Made by a program: the position numbers and the translations under genes. Positions 52,490 through 64,000 of a DNA stretch of 64,000 nucleotides are shown in pieces. The notes under the pieces were generated by a model. That model made no database searches, had not been told where the DNA came from, and saw only the letters and a program-made list of their open reading frames with translations. Every line of letters begins with the position of its first letter. The first letter of the stretch is position 1. Source of the DNA: Amoebophrya sp. A120 (Eukaryota > Protista > Dinoflagellata); contig CAJINV010000001.1 in NCBI GenBank assembly GCA_905178155.1, positions 16,244,142 to 16,308,141 of the forward strand. Reading direction: 5' to 3'.

Positions 52490-54012
52490 TCAGAAGGCCT
52501 CCAGCCGGGACGCTGAGGAGCCACCTCGCCGCGCGCGTAGCGCGCGAAGAAAATTTCCCAAGCGGCGGACGGAAGTGGGTGCGCGCCCCATGTGCGGGGA
52601 ACACTGAGAAGCAACCTGCGCGCGCGGAGGATGGACATTCTTCAAGCGGCGGACGGAGGTGGGTGCGCGCCCCATGTGTGGGGAACGCTGAGAAGCATCC
52701 TCGCCGCGCGCGCAGCGCGCGGAGAAAATTCCTCAAGCGGCAGACGCAGGTGGGTGCGCGCTCCATATGTGGGGGACCCTGAGAAGCGACCTTGCCGCGC
52801 GCGCAGCGCGCGGAGAAAATTTTTCAACTCAAGCGGCGGACGGAGGTGGGTGCGCGCCCCATATGTAGGGAACGCTGGGAAGCAACCGCGCCGCGCGCGC
52901 AGCGCGCGGAGGGAATTTCGCAAGCGGCAGACGGAGGAGGGCCGTGCGCGCCCCATGTGCGGGGAACGGTACGAAAAACATCGCCGCGCGCGCAGCGCGC
53001 GGCCGGAGAAAATTTCCCAAGCGGCGGACGTAGGTGGGTGCGCGCCCCATGTGCGGGGAACGCTGAGAAGCAACCTCGCCGCGCGCGCCGCGCGAGGAGG
53101 AAACTTTTCAAGCGGCGGACGGAGGTGGGTGCGCGCCCCATGTGTGGGGCACGCTGAGAAGCAACCTCGCCGCGCGCGCAGCGCGCGGAGCAAATTTCTC
53201 AAGCGGCAGACGGAGGTGGGTGCGCGCCCCATATGTGGGGGGCGCTGAGAAGCAACCTTGCCGCGCGCGCAGCGCGCGGAGAAAATTTCGCAAGCGGCAG
53301 ACGGAGGTGGGTGCGCGCCCCATGTGTGGGGGGCGCTGAGAAACAACCGCGCCGCGCGCGCAGCGCGCGGAAAAAAATTTTCAAGCGGTGGACGGAGGTG
53401 GGAGGGTGCGCGCCCCATGTGCGGGGGACACTGAGAAGCAACCTTGCCGCGCGCGCAGCTCAAGCGGCGGGAATTTCGCAAGCGGCAGACGGAGGTGGAT
53501 CGTGCGCGCCCCATGCGTAGGGAACACTGGGAAACAACCTCGCCGCGCGCGCGGCGCGCGGCGATAATACCTCAGGCGGCAGACGGAGGGGGGCCGTGCG
53601 CGCCCCATGTGCGGGGAACGGTAAGAAAAACATGCGCGCGCGGTCGGAGAAAATTTCCCAAGCGGCGGACGTAGGTGGGTGCGCGCCCCATGTGCGGGGA
53701 ACGCTGAGAAGCAACCTCGCCGCGCGCGCCGCGCGCGGAGAAGATTTTGCAAGCGGCAGACGGGGGTGGGTGCGCGCCCCATATGCGGGGGGCGCTGAGA
53801 AGCAACCTCGCCGCGCGGGCGCGCGGGCGGCGCGCGGAGCGAGAAAGTTTTTCAAGCGGAGGACGGAGCTGGGTGCGCGCCCCATGTGCGGGGAACGCTG
53901 AGAAGCAAACTCGCCGCGCACGCAGCGCGCGGAGAAAGTTTTTCAGGCGACAGACGGAGGCGCGGGCGCGCCCCATGTGTGGGGAACGCCGAGAAACAGC
54001 GCGCGGAGAAAA
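52490..54012. repeat. GC-rich tandem satellite, ~91-bp unit, ~16 copies
   Basis: Consensus about CAAGCGGC(A/G)GACGGAGGTGGGTGCGCGCCCCATGTG(C/T)GGGGAACGCTGAGAAGCAACCTCGCCGCGCGCGCAGCGCGCGGAGAAAATTT; CAAGCGG recurs about every 91 bp (e.g. 53018, 53109, 53200, 53291, 53382). Confidence 0.95.
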
Positions 54013-56581
54013 TTTTTCTTGCATTCTTCTCGATTTTTCTCCAAGCACCCGGCTGGTTTTTTCTACAGTGGGAGCCCGGTTTGATTTTTTCTAGGTGCTT
54101 TTTGATTTTTTCTACCGTATTTTTTTTTTCTCGGCATATTTCTAATGCAGGATGAAAAAAATAGAAGAGAGACAATCACAGTGACACACTGTGCCATCTC
54201 TATGGAAAAGAATGGGGCTTGCGTTTTGTAATTTGAATGCGAGCGAGCGAATGTGCGTGGGCTGCTCCTGCTGCCCATGATGGGAAAATGCTCCCAGAGC
54301 CAACAATTGCGGCTCCCTAGGGTTGGTTGTTGTCGTTGTGCTTTGCCGGGGCAGTGTTTGCCGTTTTGTTTTGTTCGAATGGCTCCCAAAGTTGTCATGT
54401 CCTGTAGGTCCTCTCAGACTCCAATGATCCTTATCCTACTGATATGAATACAATGCTACATGTGTCGCCTTCAGCTCTGCAGCTTTTTTCATTTTTGTCC
54501 CTGGAGACGTCGTCGTTTCCTTCTCTTATCTACTGTCTCCCAGCGCTGCTTGGGACCTGTTCTGATAGTGTTACTGCAAACTTCAGGACCGCCAAATCTG
54601 TAAAACAATTGGCACCAAACAAGTCGACACAAATAGATTTCTAGTGTCCGCCGCATCGGAGTGCCAGTCCTCATGTTCTGTCTAACCTTCGCCTTACCGA
54701 TACTACCGCATTTCGCCTAGCCACCCCGGCTGAGCAGCAGTCCCGCTCCGCGCACTTAGGATAAGAGTTTTGAGGCACGATTCCCAATCCCGCTTATTAC
54801 GGATTTAGGATATAAGTTTTGAGGCACGATGACGATTCCCACTTTATCTTATCAGGACCGCCCAATATTAGAGTTTCGAAATCATCTTGTTGTTGCTACC
54901 TCCTGGGTGCAGAAGCAAAAGGTTTCTGAGCCAGCATGTTCGTTCGCAATGCGCGTCCGAGTGAAAGTGATTTTGGCAGTCCTGGTGACCAAGAAAAGAG
55001 CGACAACGACGCACGCGCGTCGATCCTAGAACAAGATTGGCTACGTTGCCTACAGTCCCCGGGGCGCGCGAGGGGCGCCTCCACCCGCGGTCTCGGGATA
55101 CAATAGGGTACGAATGCCACTGGACTAGCGCGACTAGTGTGAATCGTACTTCGGCATACAGCACGATGGCATTCGGGTGTGCCTGCTTGCCGAAGGACGA
55201 GTCCAGCTGAGGTAGGACGGATCGCAATTAGCAGAGGGCTTGAGAGGGATGCTTCCTGTCAGCGGCACCCGGAGCCGGGGCCCGCTAGGATGTGCCTTTG
55301 TGCCATATTTCGCCAGCAAAACGGCTGAGTTGATTCCACCGCGTGTCGTGACTGTGCTCGGGTTCAAACTCGTTCGCGCCGGGTTGAGCACGCACGGAGT
55401 CATCCCGTAGGCGGGGGCCATGTCCGCCACTGGCGATCTGGCGAGTCTCTGAGTTGTCGCAGGCTTCGTCGCCCGCTCTTTCGGCCTGATTCCTGAAAAA
55501 TCGTGTGACATACCGTGGCAAGGGACAAGCGTAGACCAGAGGCGAATCAAGATTGTCTTCTACTCGTTGCTATTCTGCGAGACAAGATTACGTTTAAAGT
55601 AAAATACTTATGGCGAGCTCACGCGGGGAAACATACTTAGTCGCATCCATGCCTTTGCATATAATCACGTTGGAGCTTTCTTCCATGTCGTTGGTTTGGA
55701 ATTTTGCATGGGTGTCTGCCAGTAAAGAAACGAATCCATCTTGACGAGGACATCGAACTTTTAATCTCCGTTTCGACAATCTTGCATCGTTCCTACGACA
55801 ACGCACAAGACGATAAGTATTCCTTGAAAACCCGATCTCAGCAGGAGGAAGAAAAGCGGCCCAAACAGCATGGGGAACGCAGCAGCAAGTCATCAGACCA
55901 ATAAAAACGATGTCCTATTCGACGGCAGCATTAGCTTCTACAAATCAACATGTGTCCGCAGCACAGTCAGATGCGACACAGCTAGTGCTAAGATACCAGA
56001 AGATAAAACTTACAAAGAGCTATGTTTGAGCCAGAGCTGGATGCTACAAGATGGTTCTCTCAAAGAAGGATGATCAAGATCCCTAATTCAAGAACAATTT
56101 TTCAGCGCTGCAACATACATCAAAGACTCGTCACGTGAATGTCACCAATCATGATTGCAGCAACATCCAAATGAAGAGACATCAATATCTATTTTCTTTT
56201 TAATTTGTAATCTGTTGAACAGCGCCGAAGTTGTAGTAGAGTAGTGAGGGCATTTGGCCAGTCCCAGTTTTGAACCTCCAAGCAAATTGAGCTTTTCCGT
56301 AATAGATACTTTCAATTGGGAAATACTATTCTGCTTCGTGTCACACTCACGGTTCCCTTTGACGCTCTCTGTAGTCTCGCACTGCTAGTAGTGGAAAGTT
56401 GGTGTACTTCTGCTTACTGGCAAGAGTCTGGCAAAAGCCACGGTTACAAACCGAGCCACGACGGCGACGGGGAGCCACTACAGAACCGTAGCCACCAGGA
56501 GCGCAACGCAATTAGAACCGCCCAGCTTGGCGAAGATTAACAAATAAGTGGCTTCTGCGTTTCTACTAGCAAACGAACATC

Positions 56582-58336
56582 ATGGTGGTGGACTGCATGA
56601 ATTTCGATTTCCTCGACGAGGACCGCGAGCGGGCCGTGGAGCAATCAAATATCGAGCAGGGCTTTCCGCTCGCACCCGTTCCCAGCCCCATGACCTTCTG
56701 CGCCGACATCAAAAAAAGCGGTATAGAAACTCGTGCTTCGCTTTTGTGATCCTCATCAAAGCTACAGTAAGGACGCCAAGGAGCTTCGTACGTTTACGTC
56801 CGCCGCGAGCACGACCTAGAACTGCGAGTATCTATGCGAGGACCATCCGTGTAGTTTTCCTTCAGCCTCGAAGGACCAGGGAAAAAGTAGTACTTACTCC
56901 GCAGTGTACCTGTACTCGTCGGCGGACGACAACAACAAGCGAGTGAGGTCTTGACGTAGAATTGTATCGTGCCCTTGTCGAAGACAAAGAATGAAAGCGA
57001 GGCATTTGAAAAAAAAATTGACATTTAGGCACCGCGCCGAGCCTGATGGATTTCAAGCATGGTACAACAACACTCGGATTCAAGTTTCAGGGCGGCATCA
57101 TAATCGCGGTCGATTCGCGCGCAAGTATGGGCAGCTACATCGGCAGTCAGACGGTGAAAAAAGTAATCGAAATTAACGACAGACTCCTCGGCACAATGGC
57201 CGGCGGCGCCGCCGACTGCTCCTTTTGGGAGAGAAGACTAACGCTGCTCGCACGCATGTAAGTTCGAATCTCGTACCGACTAGTTGTTTTCCCGAAGAAC
57301 TTTTTGCATTTTTTTTTTCCACGGAGCGCTTCGTCAGATCAATTTAGCCCGCACGAAAAAACACTGCTGCCACTGCTCACCGAAGCTCCTGTGGTTGATT
57401 CGGTTTCGGCCGCACAATCGGAGGATTACAATAATCGCAAACCAAAACTTTTGGCAGGTATGAGCTCCGCGAAAGGGAAAAGATTTCAGTAGCCGCAGCC
57501 TCCAAAATCCTGGCCAACATCTTTATCCAGTAACACCCACCTAATTTTTCTTTGATTTTGTCGTTCTTCGATTTTGCAACCACCTGTGCAAGCCAATGTT
57601 CCGGAATCAGCGCCCCAGAACTTTTGTTTATGAAAGAATGGAACAAACGCTTACTCGTTCGCCCATAGACATCCCATGTTGTCGTGGTGCTGCTTGCGAT
57701 GATTGACTACCTAGGAGGAAAAACGTGCTATCAGTGAAGAATCCAATCCATCGCACCAGGTATCGAGGATACGGGTTGTCTTGCGGCACCATGGTAGCCG
57801 GGTGGGATAAGACGGGTCCCCACCTCTACATGGTGGACGACCAAGGCGACCGCGTGGAGGGCGAAAAATTCTCAGTGGGTTCGGGATGCATGTTCGCCTA
57901 CGGCGTCTTGGATGACGGGTACGATAATTTTTGAGAATTTCGGGTCGTGCTCGTGGACACGAATTGAGTTCCATAAGACAGTTCAATGAATTATGTGCAT
58001 CATTCATGCTCACGCTTTTGTTTGTTCTTGCAGTTTCTGTTTCAGATCAAGAACGAGTGCGCGCCGGGTAGAAGTAGACAGAGCCTCCTCACGACTCTGT
58101 TTCTTGACTGTCAATTCAAAATTATCAGGTACCGATATGATCTCTCTGTCGCGGATGCTGTGGAGCTCGGCCGGCGAGCGATCTACCACGCGACGCACAA
58201 GGACGGAGCTAGTGGCGGCGTGGTGCGAGTCTACCACGTACACAAGGATGGATGGACCAAAGTAATCGCCGGTGAAGACGTGAACAAGCTCCACTACATG
58301 TACGCCGAGAAAAAGGGCCTCAAGGGCGACGAGTAA
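56582..58336 (+). CDS. PSMB5: 20S proteasome subunit beta 5, 5 exons
   Basis: Exons 56582-56720, 57029-57257, 57458-57529, 57760-57918, 58129-58336, all GT-AG. Propeptide cleavage site [35 protein letters not shown]. Confidence 0.96.
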
Positions 58337-59315
58337 GTAACATAAAATTGGAGTCCACTCACAGGACGCACGTGCAAGCAACCGCGGACCCAGTAATGGA
58401 GAACTCGGCCTTGTTTGCTTGATGACGTGAAACAACGGCTTACAAGAACGTGCCAAAACTTTTTGGAACAACAGTTTTTGAAAGATGACCAACGGCGACA
58501 TCAACAAAGTCTCGAACTATGAAGTACGCTCGAGACCGCAGGGCGAGAATCGCTTCGGGCGATTCTATACACCTAGCGGCGATCTGCGTGCGGGAAGCCC
58601 TTCGTGTTTTGTGCCACTACATCCGCATTCTTAACGATAGATACTTTGTTTTCGGTGAGCCCTTGACCTGCTGGAGGAAATTCACAAATCGATCTGAGGA
58701 AACCTGCACACGTGATCTGTGGGAAATGGATCTATGCCGCAAGATCAAATTTGGTGATTCACGTAAGTAGTCAAGTGATCCCTCACATCCTCATCCTATA
58801 GCTCGCAGGAGCTGTAAGAAAATATTCTACAGTATCTATCGAGTCTTGGTCGGTGGTCGTGTTTTGCACTGTTCCTCCTCTTTTGCATTGCTTGTAAGTA
58901 AAGCTGAGTCTGCTCAGACTTTCTCCACGATGCCACCAAGATAGGACTTTATTTGCATTTTGTCGTTGAACATCTCCAAGCCTGGGCCATTCGTTCTTCC
59001 TTCTCGGCATTTTTATTTCCGGGCAGAAAATTGGACAGCTTTGGGCACGGGGTGCTCCTTGGCTAACTACCCGTTCCGAGGTTGTAACGACGGAGATCTT
59101 GCCATGCGTTCCAACATGATTTTTAACTGCTGCAACAATTTTTACAGCGTGAATTTTCCCGATTTCGAACATTCGTATTTGCTTGGTAAAAGCCCCCACT
59201 CCAACTTCATTCGCTTTCGCTCGAAATCAGAGTTACTTTACTGTTGAGAAAACAAGAATTTAATCCTTGACGAGAATTAAACTGAGATTACCACCAGACG
59301 TTCGTACATATAGTC

Positions 59316-61523
59316 ATGGCGACCAGCGACACGACTCAACCTATGCTCCACGCCCGCTATGTGCTTGGCGGGTCAGGCTCGGACCTGTTTTCGGAGCCCC
59401 GGGTGTGCACGGAGATTATGCAAATGATCCACCGTTCCAGGCGAGAGACGGCACAGAAGCAGATGCATCCGGACGAAGCTACATCGGCCTCGGCCGCAGG
59501 GACTTCTACGGGATCTTCGTCGTCGTCCTCTCGTCCCGTTCGAATTGTGTATTTTGGCACCGCCGCGTACGACGCCCCCGCTTCTTTCAAGAGGCAAACG
59601 GACGAGTTCGTCAAGGCCGGCGCCTCGGTGTCAGAAATACGCTGCACCACCGGGGGCAAGGCGAGTATCAGGTGGATAACGCCGGCAACAGAAACCTCGG
59701 AGGAGCGTGTCGTAGACGCCGGAAAGAGGCACGAAAACGGTACGAATTTGAGCAGTAATGTGTAGTTTTGATAATGAAGTATGTGCCGTGCCACATCCAT
59801 GTATTGGTTTTGGCTTGATGTTGAAAAGCGTGGTCGCCTACGGCTACGAATACTAGAAATTATATGTAGCATAGTTAGTACGCCTACGCGGCCATAGCAG
59901 CGCCTGCAAAGTGCCTCTTCGTAAACCTTTGAAATTTTTTGACTCGACGATGGATTGTGTTTCTGCTCGCAGGTAGCATAAGCGTGAACGAGGGCAACCT
60001 CGCGGAGATTGCGCAATTCGTGAGCGAAGAGGCAGACGCAGTTCTGATTTCCGGCGGAAACACGCTTTACGCAGTGGACCGGCTCCGCGGACTGGGGATA
60101 GACCAGTGGATCCGGCGTGCGGCTGCGCGCGGTGCGGTGATGTGCGGCGGGTCCGCCGGCGCCGTCCTCTGGTTCGAGACCGGGCACAGCGACAGCGCCG
60201 ACCCAGACTCCTTCTACTCGAAATTTATGGAGCTTGAACGCATGAAGCGCGAGGTGCTGGAAAAAACGGGCGAAGTTTGCGACGAATCTACCGTGCGCCA
60301 GAGGTACAACGCGCTCATGGAAGCACAGCAACTCGCACCGCTTACCCTCCAGGAAAAAAGCGGGGAGGCCAAAGAAAGTAAGCCCAGTCTGAGCCAGGTG
60401 TTTGAAGACCAAGATAATAGCGCGGCGAATAATGCCGGTGTGGAAACTCCCGCAGGTACATTGATTGATTCTTTTTCATGTTCGACGCCATAGTCTACAG
60501 CACTAAATTCCACAAAACCCTATTTTCATCAACTATAGCACGCGCAGCATCATGCTACTTATTTCATTTTCACTCGTGAACTGCAGCTGTGCGCATAAGC
60601 AGTAGCTGTGACATGATCAATGCCGAAATACAACCGGGTGTAAATGAAAATCAATTTCCTCCGTTTTAGGAATAAAAATAGAGAAACAAAAACCTTTCTT
60701 GGCTCATCTATCAGTCTTCTGGCGGAAATATTCTTTGAAAATCTTCGAATCCGTGAAGCACGACGAATAAACCACTTTCACAGAGCCCCCAGCAGTGGCC
60801 AAGCCATGGGAGTACATTCGCATCCCGGGCATTGGTATGTTGCCCGGCCTGTGCGTACCGCACCAGGACAAGGTGCAGTCCAACGGGTCGCTGCGGGCCG
60901 ACCATGTGAACGAAATGCTGACTCGGCTGGCCTTCTACGGCGGGCGGGAGCGGGCCATCTGCATAGACCACTGGGCGGTGCTGGTGCTGGAAAACGGGCA
61001 GTACCAGGTTCTGTCCTTCCCGGACAAGGTTGGCAGCGGCTTGAGCTGCAAGGAACGCGAGTGGAAGCCGCTGCAGGAGGAAATTATCGTGCACAACAGC
61101 CGGACCAATCTCCCCGTGCGCACCGTAGTGCGGCTAGTCGACGGGCTTTACGCCGACGCAAAGCTGGACGGCGCTACGCCGGAAGGAGCTGCGCTCCTCG
61201 CGGACGGCAACAACGCGCCCGTGGACCGGGTTTCGCTGGACCTGGAAAACCTTCGCCTCTCTCAGGAGGACGGCCCCGACCGGGTCACGGTGTCCGAGAA
61301 AGTCTCCTACGTGAAGGACCGCACCGGGAAGCCCTGCGTGTGGATCAAGGAAACGAAAATTGGCCAGGACGCAGAAGAGTTGACGGACATGATCCTGCAC
61401 ATGCAGGCCGCACCCTGGGCCGGCAGTGTGGACGACCTCTTCGCCCTGAACCGCTCCCAGGGTGATTGCCCCATCACCGCACAGAAACTTCGCCAGGTGC
61501 GGGAACTAAACCCGGCCTTCTGA
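59316..61523 (+). CDS. Peptidase E / S51 family (class I glutamine-amidotransferase-like) protein, 3 exons
   Basis: Exons 59316-59739, 59973-60455, 60784-61523 (GT-AG, phase 1); motifs YFGTAAYD, ISGGNTL, GGSAGA (nucleophile elbow), LCVPH. Confidence 0.85.
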
Positions 61524-62375
61524 TGCGGATGCGCATTGCTTGTTGACCAGAGATACTATAAATATTTGTATGTAGGGAAGTACATGCGGATGATTTTGAT
61601 TTCTCACTTGCACCACTTCAAGAACGTGAATTTGTAAAAAGCGACCCCTTCTCCTCGAATTTTATGGCACTGCGCCCCCAGCGTCATCCGGTCTCATCCG
61701 GTACCAAGAAGAATACATCGAGCTATTCGCAGTTACGACAGATGATTTTACAGCCTACTGGTGAGTTCTTCAAGTTCGCACTGTTGAACGTGCTTTGTAT
61801 CAGGAAATGCAAGGGAGACAAAAAGTAGCCTCGCAGCGAGGTGGAATCTTTTTTTTACCCGTCTTCGCACTGTGTTGCCCCTTGTGTCATCGTGCTGTCT
61901 GCTTCGGTGTCTACGTTCGTTCTGATCGTACTTTCTCGTTCTTGATTTCGGGTTTCTCGTTTTTAGTTTTTCGTTCTCTCGCGTGATTTTTCGTGTGCTT
62001 TTTCGTCTGCTTTTCTCGTACCCCAGCGGAAACAGCGTTTATCGTCGTACAGGAACGGTTAAGGATTAAAATGTATGATAGATGCTATTTTTACTTGGAA
62101 TTCTAATCGCACAGACAACATCACTTAGCAGCTACTCAATCTGAACCCCTCGCTCCTTTTGAGAAAAACCTAACCCGCCTAGTATCCATCGCAAATCGAT
62201 TGTTACTCTATTGAAACGGCCGTAAGTCCTACCATCGTCGTGCGACCATTGTCAAACCTGAATTGTGCCGGACTGTACAACTGAGAATAATAAATCATGT
62301 GTGCCTGCTCATCTTGTCCCACCTTTTTGTCGCTATAGTTCGAGAAAAGCACGTGTGCAGCAGTCGCAGCTGATC

Positions 62376-62924
62376 ATGTCCTCCTCCACTAAATCCAAGC
62401 CGCCTGCGGCGCCAGGTGCCGACTCCCGTCGACCTGCGAAAGCGGATCCTGCCGACATGATCCAGGAGGAGCTGCGGAAGACCGTGAACTCCTGCCGGTC
62501 CACGCTGGTGTCGATCGAGCACGACGTGGATGGACTCTCCGCGGAAAAGGACGACCTCCTGCAGCAACTGGTGCGCATTCGGGACCGGTGCCGGGCGATC
62601 GATGCCGAGTTCGTGTCGAAGCGGCGAGAGTACGAGTCCGCCATGCGGCTGCTCAAGTTGTGCGAGGAGGAGTACGCGTTCACCTGCTGTGCTCAGGGCC
62701 CGCCCCCGACGCCTTTCGTGCCCCGCAATCGCTTTATGGAGCGAATAAATGCGAAGGAAGAAAGCAGCGATGATGCTGAAGGAGGAGATCTAGAAGATAC
62801 GCAAGTTGTAGCCGCGCTATCGCCCTCGAGAAGTCCTGCGCCACCTATTCCCAAACTTTATTCCGCACCAGGTCGCCCGAGCACAGCACAACTACAGCCT
62901 GCCCGAGCAAGTCGTCGAGGGTGA
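62376..62924 (+). CDS. Coiled-coil protein, possibly SSNA1/DIP13-like
   Basis: Single ORF with heptad-rich core EKDDLLQQLVRIRDRCRAIDAEFVSKRREYESAMRLLKLCEEEY and Pro-rich tail. Confidence 0.55.
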   Translation: MSSSTKSKPPAAPGADSRRPAKADPADMIQEELRKTVNSCRSTLVSIEHDVDGLSAEKDDLLQQLVRIRDRCRAIDAEFVSKRREYESAMRLLKLCEEEYAFTCCAQGPPPTPFVPRNRFMERINAKEESSDDAEGGDLEDTQVVAALSPSRSPAPPIPKLYSAPGRPSTAQLQPARASRRG

Positions 62925-63148
62925 TACCTTTTATCAAAAAGCTACACTTCTTTTTGCTCCTCTGTCTCCTCTGCCATTTGCTTGCTCGAAGACGTAGTTA
63001 GATAGTTGGTTGTCCTCTGATTCACGAAAACTCAAATTGGTTTGAAATGCATGGTTGCATTTCTTTAGAGCAACTCGTCGCGCACACAGCATTTCGATAA
63101 ATTGAGTTGGCGGATGGAAAGTTCAACTTCTTCATGGAGACGACATGA

Positions 63149-64000
63149 TCAAGCACCAGCTCTATACTTAACTACAATCAGATTTTGACCTTGCAAATCA
63201 AAAATCAAAGAAGTCCAACGTGGAAGCGTTTCTTTGTGTCTGATGTTCGCCGAGGACGAGTGTTCGCGATCGCGAAGTCGCAGAACGAGGGCAACGGTGC
63301 CCCGCTTCACAGTAACAGCACTTAAGCAAACCAGCGATCTAAGGATGACTGAGTTTTTCCATGTGCTACATCCAAGAGTGGGTCCTCGTGGAGATCCTAC
63401 CCGCTTTTCAATTCCAAGGTTCCCGCCTGAAAAGGGGAAAAAGATCAACTTTTTTTCTGCCGATCATTTCGTTCACGCTTTGAGGGAAAGGACAACAACG
63501 AAATCGGCTTTGTTGTCAAACTGCGTTTATTCCTAACGAGTGCCTCTTGATGTGCCGCGTTTTTCCATCCCTTTTTTCTGCAGTTACCCAACATAATTTA
63601 TCACGGTTCTCCATTTCACCGACGTAAGTTTACCTTCCCATTGATTAAAATTCGCATTCTGATTTCTTGTATGTGCAACCACGCAGTGAAAACCACTGTG
63701 CAAAAAGAAGAATGAACGTGTCGCATCCGTTGGTGGGCTCCTTTCTACACCCCCGGGTCTTCCGATAATTTCACGGAGAAGGCCATTATCCTGGCGTGGA
63801 AAGCAGCATCCACCATATTTCGACCAGATGCTGTTGCAGCTGCTTTCGGATGTGAGCGGCATTCGAGTAGTAGCCCGAAAGGACAGCCGCATTCCCCGGG
63901 TAGAACTTGATTGGATCCGGTTCTGTACCTTCAGCGTCTCCGTTGCCGGTACCTGCTGGCTCGTCACGAAGCTGTACGAGCTGCAGATCAAGCACCACCA
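63149..64000 (-). CDS. 3' part of a minus-strand multi-exon gene running off the window
   Basis: Coding-like frame at 63790-64000 (VLDLQLVQLRDEP...IWWMLLSTPG) and likely later exons near 63590-63690 and 63149-63320; no family recognised. Confidence 0.4.

Noticed and set aside
52490-54012. Satellite as a CRISPR array or repeat-protein gene
   Set aside because: Whole units are homologous (no unique spacers), no cas genes, eukaryotic context; the 91-bp period and indels break any frame.
55030-55555. Hairpin-rich GC segment bounded by CAAGATTG repeats
   Set aside because: No terminal IR, second copy or known RNA motif; an 8-bp repeat could be chance.

Overview
Eukaryotic, intron-rich genomic DNA with no rRNA, tRNA, CRISPR or operon signals. 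Gene content, one-directional gene order and introns closed by short inverted repeats (IR) and junction direct repeats (DR), several lacking GT-AG ends, point to an alveolate, most plausibly a syndinian dinoflagellate such as Amoebophrya (inference). Recognisable genes, all on +: eEFSec with a ~580-aa Lys/Asp-block insertion, RPL11, PSMB5, a peptidase E (S51) homologue and a possible SSNA1/DIP13-like coiled-coil protein. Also present: three paralogous secreted Cys/Thr-rich genes whose IR-closed introns differ between copies; two copies of an unannotated structured SINE-like retroelement, each with a 16-bp target duplication starting TTGATTT; a poly(A) retro-insertion; a MITE-like element; and a 91-bp GC-rich satellite bracketed by inverted motif arrays. 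Exon boundaries were deduced by eye and need RNA-seq confirmation.
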